A DNA stretch of 64,000 bases from Entomortierella parvispora E1425 (GCA_020891255.1 BQFW01000008.1:3100001-3164000); one strand, 5' to 3'; positions 12,242 through 25,968 are shown, numbered from the stretch's first letter. Numbers and translations are program-made. The notes: generated from the letters alone by a model not told the origin.

Positions 12242-14330
12242 ATGGCAAATCAGACGACCCTTCCAGGACAGATCTTGGCGACCCACCCTACCCTCTCCAT
12301 ACAACACACAACAGCAGCCACGACGACAACGGGTACGGTCGCCGCTCACACGGAAGAATCAGGCTCTAGCTCCCAACCTTCTGCAGGACAGCGCATGATC
12401 TCGGCCTGTGCCGGATCGCTCTTCACCTCCTTGCTCGGTAAGCAACAATGACAAAAAGATCAAAAGCTTGGAAGAACAAGTGGATGTGTAGCAGGGAGAA
12501 TAACAAGAACCTGCTTTTTTGTATGGATAATAGTTACGCCTTTGGACGTGGTCAAAACGAGACTGCAATCACAAACAGTCCAGGCAACACCGACCTGTGC
12601 AGTTCCATTCACGTTCTCAAGCAATGCGTCCGCATACGAAAAGTTGTGCACATGTTGCCGAGAAGTCTTTTTTGCGCCTAATCAACCAGGAGCAGGCGCC
12701 ACAGGAGCAGGATCGTCCAGTGTATCATCGTCAGCAGCAGCAGGCATTCGACAAAACATTGCGAATGTTCTCACGGGGTCCCTTGCATCTAAATCCCAAT
12801 CATACCCGCAGCAACACAGCCACCACCACGACCACCACCACCATCGTAACCATAACCATAATCACGCCAGAGGAACGTCTGCAGGCTGTGGACCCAGTAT
12901 ATCACAACAACATTCAGAGGGCACTGTCGTGGGCATGAAGGCTTCTCAGGCACAACAACAACGACTGGAGCAACTGGCAGCCAACTGTGTCGAGAACAAT
13001 CATGCGGCCAAGGCAGCTCAAGAGCGGTACTTTCATGGAACTTGGGATGGCGTGAAAAAGATTGTGCGGTACGAGGGTGCCAGTTCACTCTGGAGAGGTC
13101 TCTCACCGACCTTGGCCATGTCCGTGCCCGCCACAGTGATTTACTTTGTTGGGTACGATTACCTCAAGGTCGTTTTGTCCGATAAGCTCTTGGCTTGGGA
13201 TCAGAGTACCCACGGTCTTCCGTCCTCAAAGATGGTGGGCCAGGACTTTATTGTAAAGTACCGGGAAACGTTGGCACCCTTGGCCGCAGGAGGTTTTGCT
13301 AGAAGTAAGTCGGGGCAAAAAAAAAAAATCCAGTTTTGTTTTTTTCGGGCAGTTTTTTTTTTGTGTCACGAACTTTGATGAATCAGAGTCAAGGATGTTT
13401 CTTTCCGTTTTTAACCGATTTTTCACCCATCCTGTTTGTTGAAATAGCCGTTGCAGCGACCGTTATTTCGCCCCTAGAGTTGTTCAGGACACGGATGCAG
13501 AGCGTGCACACCGATACAAAGGGAAATGCCGGGTTGTTTAGGGGTGTCTCGCAGGGTATTGTAGCCATGGTTCGATCCGAAGGTGTCCTGTCCCTCTGGC
13601 GAGGTCTTGCTCCAACCCTCTGGCGCGATGTGCCCTTCAGTGGTAAGTAATTTTTTTTGTCCTTTGTTTCGTTTTAGTTTTGTGCATGCATGCATGCATG
13701 TTTCTTTCTCCGACCAAGGGGATTCTAATTCGACTTTTTTTTTTTTTTTTTTTTTTTTCAATGAAAATCTTAGCCATTTACTGGATGGGCTATGAGAATA
13801 TCAAGAAGCGACTTGTGCATTGGGACAACCAACAAGTGGAGCGTAGTCTGAACGAATTCGAGGTCGCGTTCTTGAGCGGAGCGCTCTCGGGCATGTTTGC
13901 GGCCACAGTCACGACACCCTTTGATGTGGCCAAGACGCGTCGACAGGTGGATCTGTTGCAACCGGTGCATACAAAGATGTTTGGACTGATGCGGGCTATT
14001 GTACAGGAAGAAGGTTACCGGGGTCTGTGGAGAGGCTTGACCGCAAGAGTCGCCAAGGTCGCGCCCAGCTGTGCCATCATGATCTCGAGTTATGAAATCG
14101 GAAAGAAGGCTCTGTCCGAACAGTGGTGGGATCAGGATGCTGCATCTTCTTCCTCTTCTTCATCCTCCTCATCGCCCTCCTCTTCGGGCTCATCTTCCTC
14201 AGCCTCTGCTTCAGGCACCACCGGCGGATCGGCGAGTGGCAATGGTGCAGATGATCGAGGCGTGCTTTTGTTGCGGGAACGTCACCCGGCAGCTGGTCTG
14301 CCCCGATACAACGCTACTTCTGCGGTGTAG
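12242..14330 (+). CDS. MTM1: Mitochondrial carrier, SLC25A39/40-MTM1 subfamily (4 exons)
   Basis: Three carrier signatures (PLDVVKTRLQ, PLELFRTRMQ, PFDVAKTRRQ), plus LWRGLSPTL.MSVPATVIYFVGYD, RDVPFS and CAIMISSYE.GK. GT-AG introns begin after 12437, near 13307 and near 13643. Confidence 0.88.
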
Positions 14331-14570
14331 AGAACAAATAAAGATGAAAAAAAAAAAAAAAAAACTGACCAAAAAACAAAGAACCATATCAAAATGCGTC
14401 ATGAAATTTTTATTGATTTTTTCTTTTTTTCTTTGGGTAAAAAAACATCTAATAATCTAGATGGTTGCTTCTCCAAAAACAATTCTCAATCGAGGAGAGA
14501 GGACAGAGGGAGAAAGAGAGAGAGAGAGAAGGAAGAAAGGAAGAAAGGAAACAGGTGGGGTGTGGGCAGA

Positions 14571-17500
14571 TTAAACACCTTGGTTGGTTCGAAGACGGTA
14601 CTCCAGATCATCCAATTCCTTGGACAGCTTTGCAGGGAAACGTTCGCCAAACCGGACAAAGTAATCCCGGGCCTTGTCAACCTCGGACAGGTACGACGCG
14701 TTGTCCACTTTGAGCAATTTCTCCATCACGCCACCTTGCACCTCCTTTTCAATACCCGAAAGATCCAAGGACTCGGGCTTGGGGACATAACCAATGGGCG
14801 TAGACTTGTACAACTTTTCGTCCTCGGGATGCTCCAAACGGTCAACGATCCATTTCAAGACTCTGAGGAGAGAAAGAGAAAGAGAACAGTCGGGTCAATA
14901 ATCAAATATGAAAAGAAAAGTCCGAGAAGGGAGGGTACAAAAACAAGACTAGCGAAACTGTTCGAGAAAGGAAATTTTTCTGCGTTGGATTGGTTACCTC
15001 GAGTTCTCTCCAAAGCCTGGCCACAGGAAGGATCCATCGGTATCCTTGCGGAACCAGTTTACATGGAAAATCTTTGGCAGCTGGGACGCATCCTGGACAC
15101 GACCTGGCATGGACAGCCAATGGTTGAAATAGTCGCCCATGTTGTATCCTGCGAAGGGAAGCATGGCGAATGGATCGAATCTAGTGGAGAGAGAAGCTCG
15201 TATGTTAGCCATCTTCCGAAAAGTAGCGACCGTGTCACCGTGCATGCACTAGCGAGGTGAGAGAGAAAAGATTCCTTCTTTAGGCCTTACCGGAGCTGAC
15301 CCAAGTCGCTACCTTCCGCAGCAGCCGTCTTTTCACTGGCAACGGTAGCTCCGACGAGAACACCGTGGTTCCAGTCTTTGGTCTGGAAGACAAGAGGGAC
15401 CGTTGTCTCCCGACGGCCTCCAAAGATGATGGCCGAGATTGGGACGCCGTTGGGATCATCCCAGGCTGGATCTTTGGCGGGACATTGGTCAACACTGACC
15501 GTGAATCTCGAATTAGGGTGGGCAAGAGGCGTTCCCTTCTCGCCCATGGAGGGGTCCCAGATTTCGCCCTTCCAGTTCGTAATCTTGCCTTCGGGTTTTT
15601 GTTTCGTCATTCCTTCCCACCAAACATCGCCCTTCTCGGTGAGGGCCACGTTGGTAAAGACAGTGTCCTTACGAATTGTCTCCATGGCGTTGGGGTTTGT
15701 CTTTGCAGACGTGCCTGGTGCCACTCCAAAGAATCCAGCCTCGGGGTTGATGGCATACAGGCGCGAGTCTTGCGGGTTGAACTTCATCCTATTGAGTTGA
15801 ACCAAAAGAAGGAAACATGTATGAGAATTGAAGACGCAGATACCGAGTATGAACAATGACAACCTGTAGCCCAGATCAAGATGCTTACCAATTAATGTCA
15901 TCACCAACAACTTGCACTTTCCATCCTGGCAATGTTGGCTTCATCATGGCCAAGTTGGTCTTGCCGCAAGCACTAGGATGCAAGTCAATGGTCAATCTAC
16001 GACCTATACATCAATCCCTTCTCCTGTGTTTAGAAACAACTCTCTTCTTACCTTGGGAAAGCTGCGGCCACATAATACTTCTTGCCAGCAGGGCTGGTCA
16101 AACCGAGGATCAACATATGCTCGGCCAAGGAGCCTTCATCGCGGGCCATTACGGACGCGATTCGGAGGGCCAAGCATTTCTTGCCCAGTAACGAGTTGCC
16201 ACCATAACCACTGCCAAAGCTCCAAATCTCGCGTGATTCTGGAAAGTGGACAACCTTGCGCTCGGGTATATTACAGGGCCAGAGCACATCCTTATCCCCG
16301 GGTTCTAAAGGTTTGCCCACCGAATGGACACAGGGCACAAACTCCTTGTTCTTGCCCAGGACATCAAGAACGGGTTGACCGATGCGTGTCATGATGCGCA
16401 TGTTGACCACAACGAAGGGTGAATCCGTCACCTATGAAGGAGGAAGAGGGACATGGCACGTTGTTTGTCAATTCTCCAGTTCAATGTGATATTATGTTTA
16501 CCAAACTGTCTTTCAACACAGCACTATTCTGTGGTTACCTGAACACCGATTCTCGCGAGTGGCGATCCGATGGGACCCATGCTGAAGGGAATTACGTACA
16601 TGGTACGACCTTTTTTTCAAATGAGAACAAAAAGCAAATGGCCAGTTCTTGAATAAGGGGTATTTTTGGAACTTGGGTTGAAAAAGATCAAAGCAGTTTT
16701 CACCAAAAAAAAAAGCTGTCATAGTACCTCGCATGGATCCTCTGAACGACTTTTCTAGTTCTATTCTCATCACATCCGGATCTACCCAGTTGTTTGTTGG
16801 ACTGAAGGAACATCCATAAAAGAAAGAAAGAGAAAAGAAAGAGAACCAAATGTTAGAACTCAAAGCTAATCTCAACCCGCTCCAAAAAAATCCAGATCCC
16901 TCTTAAAGGCGAATACAACCGATATCTCTTGCTCATTCATCCGGAAGGCATGACATCTGTCTACTGCCTTCTCCCTCTCTCTCCTCATTTCTCAAGATCT
17001 ATTCATGGCCCTTTTTGTTTTTGTTTTTCCTTTTTCTCTCCAGTGATTGTTACACATGAAGAGAGAGGAGATGAGGTATGATGAAATAGAAATACGTTAC
17101 CCTGCATCGATCTCCTTGCGACTGCAAATAAAGGTCGAGCTCTCGGATCGGGCTACATCGGCGGGGTCCGTGCGAGTCAAGTAAGAACCAGGTCTGAGCT
17201 TGCTGTCCAATGGAATCATGACCCCTCGGTCCACCAGACCCTGGACCATCTCCTCGTACTCTTCTTTGGACCCATCGCACCAATGCACATGGTCTGGTTC
17301 CAACAAGGCCTGTTGGGCTCGAACCCATCGAAGTAATTTTGCATGTGTCGTCGGTGGAGAATCATGCAGGTGCGACTCTTCCACCTGAGGATGGAATGTC
17401 GCCAGTCCAGAGAGAGGCGAGGTGTGGCTGGCAAAGAGCGTCTGACGCGACAGAGGCTTGGAGATGGCACCCAACAAACGAATCTGATTCGCTGCGGTCG

Positions 17501-17991
17501 ATGTCCTGGTGGTCGACGTGGGGGACTTTACAAAGGAGGGTTGTTGCGTTGAGCGGAGGGTGGCCAGTGCGGCAGGCCCACGGCCCTTTCCGGCCAGGAT
17601 CGAGGTCGTGTGCAACAGTTGCGTTGAAGGACGACTTTGGATCGTCATCCAGTGGCTGGTGGTGGTCACCAGCCGAGCAGAGTTGGAAGGTCTAGTCAAG
17701 AAACAGACAAACAAGGGTCGCACGTCAGTCAAGCTACGGTCTTCATGGTCGTCTTTGTCTCCCACGCACAACACAGGGTTCTAAACAATGAACAGGTGAG
17801 CCCGCGGCAGAGACTGTGGGGAGGAGCACGGCGCTCTTTCTTTTGGAGGGCGGAGGTGACTGCGGGGTAAGAAGAGAAGAGCATGGTCTCACGGGCACGC
17901 ATGCATGTCTTGTTCCGTCTCTTTGTCACTCTTTTCATGGGGGGAGTAGGTCATGGAGTCGCATGTCTGTTCATTACCTGAGAAGAAGCAT
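14571..17991 (-). CDS. PCK2: Phosphoenolpyruvate carboxykinase, GTP-dependent type, with probable mitochondrial presequence (multi-exon)
   Basis: Motifs [62 protein letters not shown] and [10 protein letters not shown] 14-nt first exon (17991-17978) splices in frame to 17691, giving [13 protein letters not shown]... Confidence 0.93.
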
Positions 17992-18132
17992 GATGGGGAG
18001 AAGGAAGGGTGGATGTTTTTGAGGTTGAACAAAGTTGAGTTGGGTAGAGTTGTTTGTTAAAAGCACAGGTTGGACTCTGGAGGTATGTACAGAAAGAAGA
18101 GGCCGAGCAAGTCAAGAAACTGTTGAGAGTGT

Positions 18133-18162
18133 AGAGAGAGAGAGAGAGAGCGTGTGTGTGTG
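18133..18162. repeat. Compound (AG)n(GT)n microsatellite
   Basis: agagagagagagagagagcgtgtgtgtgtgt, read directly. Confidence 0.85.
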
Positions 18163-20369
18163 TAGAGAGGAGGGGGGAGAGAGAGTGAGAAGAGAGAAGG
18201 CGAGGATGAAGAAGGAGAGGAACACAAGGAAGACAAGGAAGAAAGAGAGAGAGAGAAGGAAGCGAAGAGACGCGAAAGAAAGAGAGAAGTGAGACGGAGG
18301 GGGAACAAAAAGAAGAATACAGTAAAAAAAAAGGAACGGACACGGATGTCGTTGTCATTATTATTCTTGTCTTGGGCGAGGATCATTGCGACCCGACCTT
18401 GCTGGCTTGCCTTCTCTCTTTCCCGCTTCCTTGTCCTTCTCGCTCGCGTTCGCTCTTGCTGGTCTTGGGTCTTGACTGTCCATTGCTACTCTCCTGGGCG
18501 GCACCTGCTGGACAGCACTCTCATCATCACCACTGTCAGCATCACCCTCCTCCTTGAGCGGTTTTGTTGTTGACGTTTGACCAAAACGCAAAGGCAAAGT
18601 GAGGGTGGACTGACCGGATCATCTTTCCCTTGTCTCTTTCTTTGTTTCCGAGCATCATCCACAGGGGTGATATGCTGATGTTGATACAACAAAAGGGGCC
18701 GGGGACATTGGGGACATTGAGACAAACCTCCATCGAGGAAGGACTTATTTTTTCCATTGGATCCGATCCTCCTCCGCGTCCCCCTTCTACATTTCTGTTT
18801 CCTACTTGCAGTCCCTTTTCTTCAACTCCTTGACTTCGAGTAATCATCTAGACCCGGTCTGTCATCTCCTTCCCCAGGTGCAAACACAAGAGGCTGGCGC
18901 TCTTGCATGGACCCACACTCAGGGCAAGGCACACACACATGCACACTCGTCTGTAAAAATAAAGTCAGCAAGATGAGGACAACTTCGATCAGGAGACAAA
19001 GTGTCATTGGCGTCAGGCCAATGTCCCAATAGTTCTCACGGCTAGGTAGGCTATTCCACATCCCATCTCAATAGACGAACAGAAAAAGCAAGCGCACAGA
19101 TCTTTCATTGTTCGGCTCACATTGGTCTGTACTCACTTGATGGTTCCCGCACAGTTAGTGCGGACCTTCTGGTTCTGAGGGTGAAGCAGGAACACCAGCG
19201 TCTTGTGGTCTTGTGGTCCTCGACCTTCATGAGCGTGAGGGTGGAAAGGCCGAGTCCGAGTCCATGGCTCAATTGTTGTTGTTGCTTTTCCCCCACACAC
19301 TTTTCTTGGGTTCACCTTCCTCATAAAGACGACATTGTTATTGCCTCTGTCTCCAACTCTCCCACGGACTCGATTCTTTGTTCCTCATCCCTCCATTCCT
19401 TCCTTCTCTCTTGTCCTTTAGTGTTTTGGCTTGCACCCTTCATTCCTCTTAACAAATTGCCTGTGCGAAATGTGCATGGTCCTCCTCTCCGAACAAACGA
19501 CCACCACAGGCCCACAGGCACACACACTCGCTTCGATTTTCCCCCCTTCGGAATCCCTGTAAAGCGCGAACAGATACAAACTGTCAACAATGTCGGAAGG
19601 GTTGTCTGCACGGTTGACGAAAATAAATAGATGCCATGACCCCCCTTCATCGCGCGCCCCCCCCCACCACCACCCCTTCTCTCCCCCTACGACTCTCCCT
19701 TTTTTTCGTTAATTTTATTTTACAGTGCCCACGGAGAAGGAAAGGAAGGACTCGGAACAGCAACGCAACGCATGTGGCATTGACCCTCTCTCGTTTTTCA
19801 GAACAAAAAAAAAAATTGTCCCAAAATGGCATGTCCGCGTGAGGGGTTTCCGACAAGTGTAAAAGGGGTCAAAAAGAAGTGAGGTGGGGAGACATATGAA
19901 GGTGGCGCAACACTCTCGAATGAATCTGACTAGGTGATGAGGGCTGTGGACTGTGTTCAGTTGTGGGGTTGGGAAAAAAGGGAGGATATTATTACAAAAG
20001 CCAAAAAACCAGTTGTTTGTTGAAGCGTGGGCAAACAACGCGAACGACACGCGTGAGGGGCGGTGCAACGGGTCCTGAAAGAAACAATTGTTTTGTCCCT
20101 AGGTCACTTTTCTGGCATTTCTGGCACAGGACATGGAAACTCTTTCACCTTGTACATGGTGTCTGCGCCAAGTGACAAATTACATGGGCAGAGAGAAAAA
20201 AAAGGTGAAAAGACGGAGGTCAATGGTGGTTTCCATTTTTATTTTAATTGATTACATGGTACAGGGGTTAAGATTTGAATATGAACAAAAAAGACGGCGC
20301 GTTGGCGAGAATGAGAGCTTTCTCTCAATATCTCTTAGTTTTTCAAGGGTAAATGGTCCGCAAAGCAGC

Positions 20370-21366
20370 TTAGTTCATCTGCATGACCTTGCCACCATCA
20401 AAGTTGGTGGTCTCTCCATCGCCACCGTTGATTCTGGCGTGCAAGACTCTCTGGTAAGAAACCAAGCAGCAGCAGAAGTAGTACTGGAAGCCAAGACCGA
20501 TGAGGAACGTCACGATCCAGCCAGCCCAGTAACCGCCTCCAAAGTCATACCGGGCATAGTAAGAAGCCACAATGGCAATCTGAACGATCTGCAACACAGC
20601 CCAAACCAAGGAACCGATCACGAAGAAGCGAATGTAGCGGTCCACCCAAAGAGGCTCCTCCTTGTAAATACCAGCAAAACCATACCCTGACAGAATCGCC
20701 ACTCCCAAGTACAGGATTCCAACCACAATGAGAAGAGCATTGTAGAAGCCTATTAGGAGGATAAAAAAAATGCAAAAAAGCAATGCGGCGTTCAGTCAAT
20801 TTTTTTTCTTGCTTTAGATTCATTTGCCAATCTTTTTTTGTCAAGGCTAATTGGAAGAGGAGCTTACCAGCGTAAAAGCCAGAGGTAAGCAGGGCAAGAC
20901 CGCAGTATCCGTAAAAGATGACCATCAAGAAGGTAATGATCAAACCTCCAGTGTGCAAGGGGAAGCACAGGCAGCACTGCTCAAACTGGTGGAACTTGCC
21001 AGTCAAACCACGACCGTTACCACGGGTGACGACAGGCATGGCCGAGGTGGCGTGGGCAGCGGCGTAGACAACTGGGGGAGCCTGCTGAAGCTCAGGCTGA
21101 GGTTGGTAGGGTTGGGGCTGGTAAGCCTGCTGGTTCTGCAATTGAGGGGTCTCGGCAGGGTAGTAGGGCTGCTGAAGGGTGGAGGGCTGCACCTGGGGCG
21201 AGTAGACGGGTTGCTGAACGCCAGGCTGGGCAGGAGTCACGTACTCAAACGCAGGGGTACCAGTTTGCTGAAACTGCTGTTGCTGAGGCTGGACATATTG
21301 AACATTAGGGTCCTGTGGAACGGGTCCAGGAGAGTAGAAGACGGGCTGCTCAGGTTGAGCCGACAT
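20370..21366 (-). CDS. Small 4-TM membrane protein with Pro/Gln/Tyr-rich N-terminus (LAPTM/tetraspan-like)
   Basis: The P/Q-rich region is followed by CCLCFPL..G and four hydrophobic segments ending in YFCCCLVSY. One GT-AG intron spans 20867-20750. Confidence 0.75.
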
Positions 21367-23765
21367 GATGTGGATGTGAAGAGAAGGAGGAAGGAAGGGG
21401 TGAGGTTTGTCTAAAAGACTTTTTGGGCGGAACAAAAAAAAAAAAAAAGACTAGGAAGAAAAGAAGAAAGATCAGAAAAGTAGGGGATTCTGGTCTACTT
21501 TTATAGTTGTTGAGCATGCCCGCGAAACAACAACAGCTCTGCCCATCGATGGCAAAATTCAAAATCTCCAATTGGGTCCTGAGCCAAGAGAGAGGGTCGA
21601 GAGCCAGAGCCATGACCAGAAAGGGGCAGGGGTTGGTGTAGGCAGCAATCGTTTCCTCAAAGAGTCGGAGGTGCAAAAAGCTGACTGCATGGGGGTGAGT
21701 CGTTGATGCTCGGGCTCTGCTGCAGAAGAGGAGGACAGCTCCTCTTTCTTTTTTTTTTCTCGAAAGGTCTCTCTTTCTGCTGCATGGCAACCTAAAAAAA
21801 GAGACCCGTCCGCGGACCTGTCCTTCCCTTTGTTCTTGAACACGCGCCTCCGCTCCGTCACTTTCGTGTTTGTTTTTGTTTTTCTACAGCCCAAAGCGTC
21901 GCACTCAAAGTCAGATAAACATTGAACCGTTTGGAGGCTGCCCTCGACCGATACACCACCCGCGATCCCAAATGGAGGCAACGGGACCGCAGCGCAAGCA
22001 ATGGGCTGTAGGAAGCTGGTGCTTTTGTGCCGTTTTTTTTTATCAGCGTTTCCTGTCTGACCGTCTTGCCTGTCTGCAGGGCCTGGCCCTGTCTTCTCTC
22101 TTGAGGACCTCAGGATGTTGGGGGTTAAGATGACGACGGCTCCGATCCTAAGCTCATAACGGCTCACACGCCACTGGACCTTTGTTAGTCTACACTCCTT
22201 TTGGTAGTTGCACCGCCTCTTTTTGATTCATTAGATTGACCTGACGCAACAATTTAGATCTCTCATCCTTTTCATTGTTTGATGAGCAATTAAGAACTTG
22301 CATGAATACTGACCAGCTGGACAACCTTGGTCATGATCCCTTCACATATCTCGGCTCTCCACACGGTAACGATCCCCGAGGTGCGAGACCCCCCCCCGGT
22401 CAGTAATCTTTTGGGCAGGGTCAGCTATTGTTGGCAAAGATCGATTGACTGCTGGGCCGCATGGAGAATGGCAAGTAAAAAAAGAAAATATGGAGGCAAA
22501 CGATGTTGTGTTTTGGTTTCTTTGTCAAGCAACGAAAACATTGAACCCAACCTCACACCATGAACACACGCAGGCACACGCATCCTCGCACCACACACCA
22601 ACAATGGGAGCTGGACTCTGTTTGGAGAATGCCAAGGTGCACAGTGCCACATCCAAAAAAAAAAAAAGACAAAAGCGAGCGACAATCCACTCCCTTCTTT
22701 GTTTGTGGTGGCACCGAGTTCTCTTTCTCTCTTCCTACTTGTTTTAACAGCTTTAGAGTCGACAACAATACTGACAAACCTTATTGAAAAAACAATCGGA
22801 CTATGGAGCTTTTACAGTTGCTCTGACATGGTTTTTTTTTTTTTTTTTTTTTTTCTTTGAAGGCACTGCTGATCGTTGCTGCGGCGAGGGAGCCCCGCCT
22901 TCGTCTTGTCCCCCTGCCATCTTGCATTGCCACTTCCACCCGCTTCTGGTTAGTGTTGCCACCGTTCGCCGCCGCCAGTAGCCAGTGAAGCTGTCATGGG
23001 AGTGACAAAGCTTGTCCACAGGGGGACGGTCGACCTACACAAAAGAAGCGGCAGCTGGACAAGCATGGGCCGGAGAAAAGTCGCCCCTGTTTTAGACTTA
23101 CATCGTCTTGTCTTTTGTTCTTCAGCATTCCTTAGAAAACCTCCTCAACCTTCACGCGAGACGCCGCCTTTTTGAAAAGGAGAGTTTTGTTTTTCTTCCG
23201 GTACATCCCTGCATAGCGTTCAATTGAAACCCCATCGGAACAATGCATGCTACCATGACGGATCAACTATTCCTCATGGCCAATTCTAAAAAGGCCATAG
23301 AGTTCTTGATAATGATTATCGGTCAGCAAAGTCATGAGGAAGCAAGGAGCTTTTGCCATCCCATTCTCAATCTGATCGATCGCTCCACCTTGATTTCTAT
23401 TTTTTTTTTTTTTTTTTTGTACATGTACTCGGTCCGTGTGTGTGATCCCTCTTCTCTCTTTGCGACCTCCCAAAGTTCGATCGTGCTTGTCAACAAATCC
23501 GGGAAGACAATCCACCGGTGTTCATGCTCTTTGCTGTTTTTTTTTCGTCCAAAAAAGGTCTAGAATCCTCAGAATCGCTGTTTCATGCACACAGACCGAC
23601 CCCAGGGTTGCCCTTTTTGTGTCTTGTTTATGATGCCGGGATACCTTTTGAGTTCCCGATCGTTGGGCAGTGCTCGTGCATGGATGCAACGATGTAGCTT
23701 ACTCAAAAAACACAGACGCCCTCATGCGGACCTGAAAATAGGAGCTGCTGCAGCGCCTCTTCATG

Positions 23766-23774
23766 TCTCTCCCT

Positions 23775-23812
<38 letters not shown>
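23766..23812. repeat. (CT)n / CCCT microsatellite
   Basis: Direct reading. Confidence 0.85.
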
Positions 23813-23813
<1 letters not shown>

Positions 23814-24319
23814 GCCCTTTTTGTTCTCGTCCTCTTGCTCTCGTTCGCCACCGGCTCCCTGTTTAGACGCGCTAATCGCCCAAAAGTCCAATCTTTTGTC
23901 ATCCTCGGTTTGTTGTTGTTGGGTGTTGCAAGGGATCTCAACCTCCTATCAGACCCGAGCAAAGGGCTGTGCGCCTTCAGCGCGTGAGTGGCAACGAGAT
24001 GGATTTTTGTTCCGCGTGCAGTTGTGCAGGCGCTGTCATCGTGTTTTAAGTTTGTCGCCCTCCCCTTTCCCCCTTTCCCACACCATCGATCGTCTACGCG
24101 CCCATCGCATCACCTATTGGTTGTGCCTGGGAACACCATGCAGAGTTTTTTTCGTCTTTTTTTTTTTTTTGCTCCATTGTTTTTTGACACAGGTAACAGG
24201 GCAGGAAAGTCCCTCTTGCATGAGGTGGTATCAAAAAAATCGGTATCTTTGTATTTGTATTTCCAAGAAAAACCCACATCCCTCGGTTTCTCCTGTTTGC
24301 CATGAGAGAAGGTAGGCAT

Positions 24320-25968
24320 TTACACGTTGTGTCTCCTCAAAGTCGGTTGTTCAGGCTTGACGGTGTAATAGATGGCGCTCAAAACCTTGTGGATCATACC
24401 TGCTGTCACAAAGTAGCCTCCGATCAATCCAGCCAGACGGACCAACAAATGTCCAAAGGACATGGAAGACTCTTCCGTGATCCTCAGCGTCATGGGCTCA
24501 AAGTCGTACTTGAAGAACAATCCTGGTACACCTTCATGTTCACCAAATGTGCGACGGTGTTCGCTGACAGAGTATTGGTTGGTCAAGAGACTTTTACCAG
24601 AGCGGTCTAGAATTATAACAGAGAACACGTCCAACGTCAAAAAACATTTCCACGATATGGGCCTCTGAAATCCTTGGGCAGGAAAGGTATATGTTCAGCT
24701 GTATCACTTGCTAACATATCCAATGGTCCTTACCGACATAGATGGTTGGCACCACAACCAAAAAGTACTGGAATGCCTCGAAAGCTAATAAATCCCAAGA
24801 GCAAAGCCTAGGTGAGTCATCTCCATGCTGTATCGTCGAAGTACCATATTTGCAAGTAGTCAGCCATTTACATGATTTGGAGAGCTCAAAGCTGTCATCC
24901 AAAGGGTTGACAATGTTGGGATACAAGTCTCCGAATGACAACTCGTCAATCTTGTGGGTCATGTTCATAACTATAGGGTAGGAGGAGTGAAATTAGAATG
25001 TCGTTTTGAAAGAACATCCACAGCAGCCATGCCGAGAAGAGTAGCCACATACCACTATGGTCGGCGTGAGCTCCATAATATCCATGTCCAAGTGCAGTGA
25101 TGTGCAAGTTTCCGCTGAGTTTGTTGGCTTTGAAGCTTCCGTGAATCCTGCATGCCTTATGATCCTCATTAGCTATTGAGAAGAACCAGAGAGTCAGCAT
25201 CGGGCAGTATTACATGCCTCGTTTCATTGGAAAAGCGGTCTGCTAGTCTCTCATTGCTGACTATTACATTTGCTGGCTTTTTCGAGAGCGGCGGTCTTTC
25301 TGGCAGCCCTGATGAGTTTTTGAACATTGAGAGGTTGCTTGCGAATGTGGTCCGAGTGTTCGCTGGAGCTCAAAGAAAAGTGCTGGTCAAAACGAATATG
25401 ATCTGGAGGTTAATAGACTGGTCCGGCTGAATACGAGAAAACAAAAAAAAAAGCCACAATGTCCCTGTCCTTTCGATCTATTCTACAACGTGTGGCAGTC
25501 TGGAGGTTTAAAGCAAGGGTTGCGCAGGAATGTTCATATGAGGTGCACATACTGTGGGGATCTTCTCGACCTGATCCGAGAGTCTGAGCTGGACTTCTGC
25601 AATATCCCGAAGATCCAGTGACAGGGCTAAGTGCGCAGGGAGGACATGGTATGAGTATCATTTCATCCATCAAAGATAGGATCTGATTGGATGTCCGCGT
25701 GCAAAACGATGTTCCGAAGCCAACAGCAGCACGTACCATCACAGGGCATGGCGACTGTAATGTCCAAGTTAATCTGAAGTTCGTGGTTGATGAGGGGATC
25801 GACCAAGAAGCTATAGTCGTTCCTTAGGCTCATGTAGTCCCTGATTTCGCCAATGACCAAGAGACAGAGGATGGCCGAGACCATCAGGGTCAAGATGCCA
25901 CCGGAGCCAGTCCGCTTGACAAATCCAGACTCGACCTTGGGGAAAGCGTCAAACTCCTTGAACTGCAT
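24320..25968 (-). CDS. ERV41: ER-Golgi COPII cargo receptor, ERV41/ERGIC2 family (multi-exon)
   Basis: FDAFPKV...GG..TL, QINLDITVAMPC, ACRIHGS...NK..GNLHIT, N.THKIDELSFG..YP...NPLD, FQYFL.VVPTIY, TNQYSV, PGLFFKYDFEP and RL.GLIGG motifs. The exact start codon is uncertain. Confidence 0.88.

Noticed and set aside
18822-19061. 79-aa ORF resembling a small membrane protein with CxPCPEC
   Set aside because: Its hydrophobic N-terminus coincides with an intron branch point and polypyrimidine acceptor, so the TM-like stretch is probably intronic.
23240-23400. Possible C/D-box snoRNA (ATGATTA...CTGA, and ATCGCTCCACC complementary to an SSU rRNA segment)
   Set aside because: Boxes are imperfect, the complementary 11-mer is followed by TTGA rather than CTGA, and there is no terminal stem. 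It needs a snoscan/Infernal search and cannot be supported by eye.
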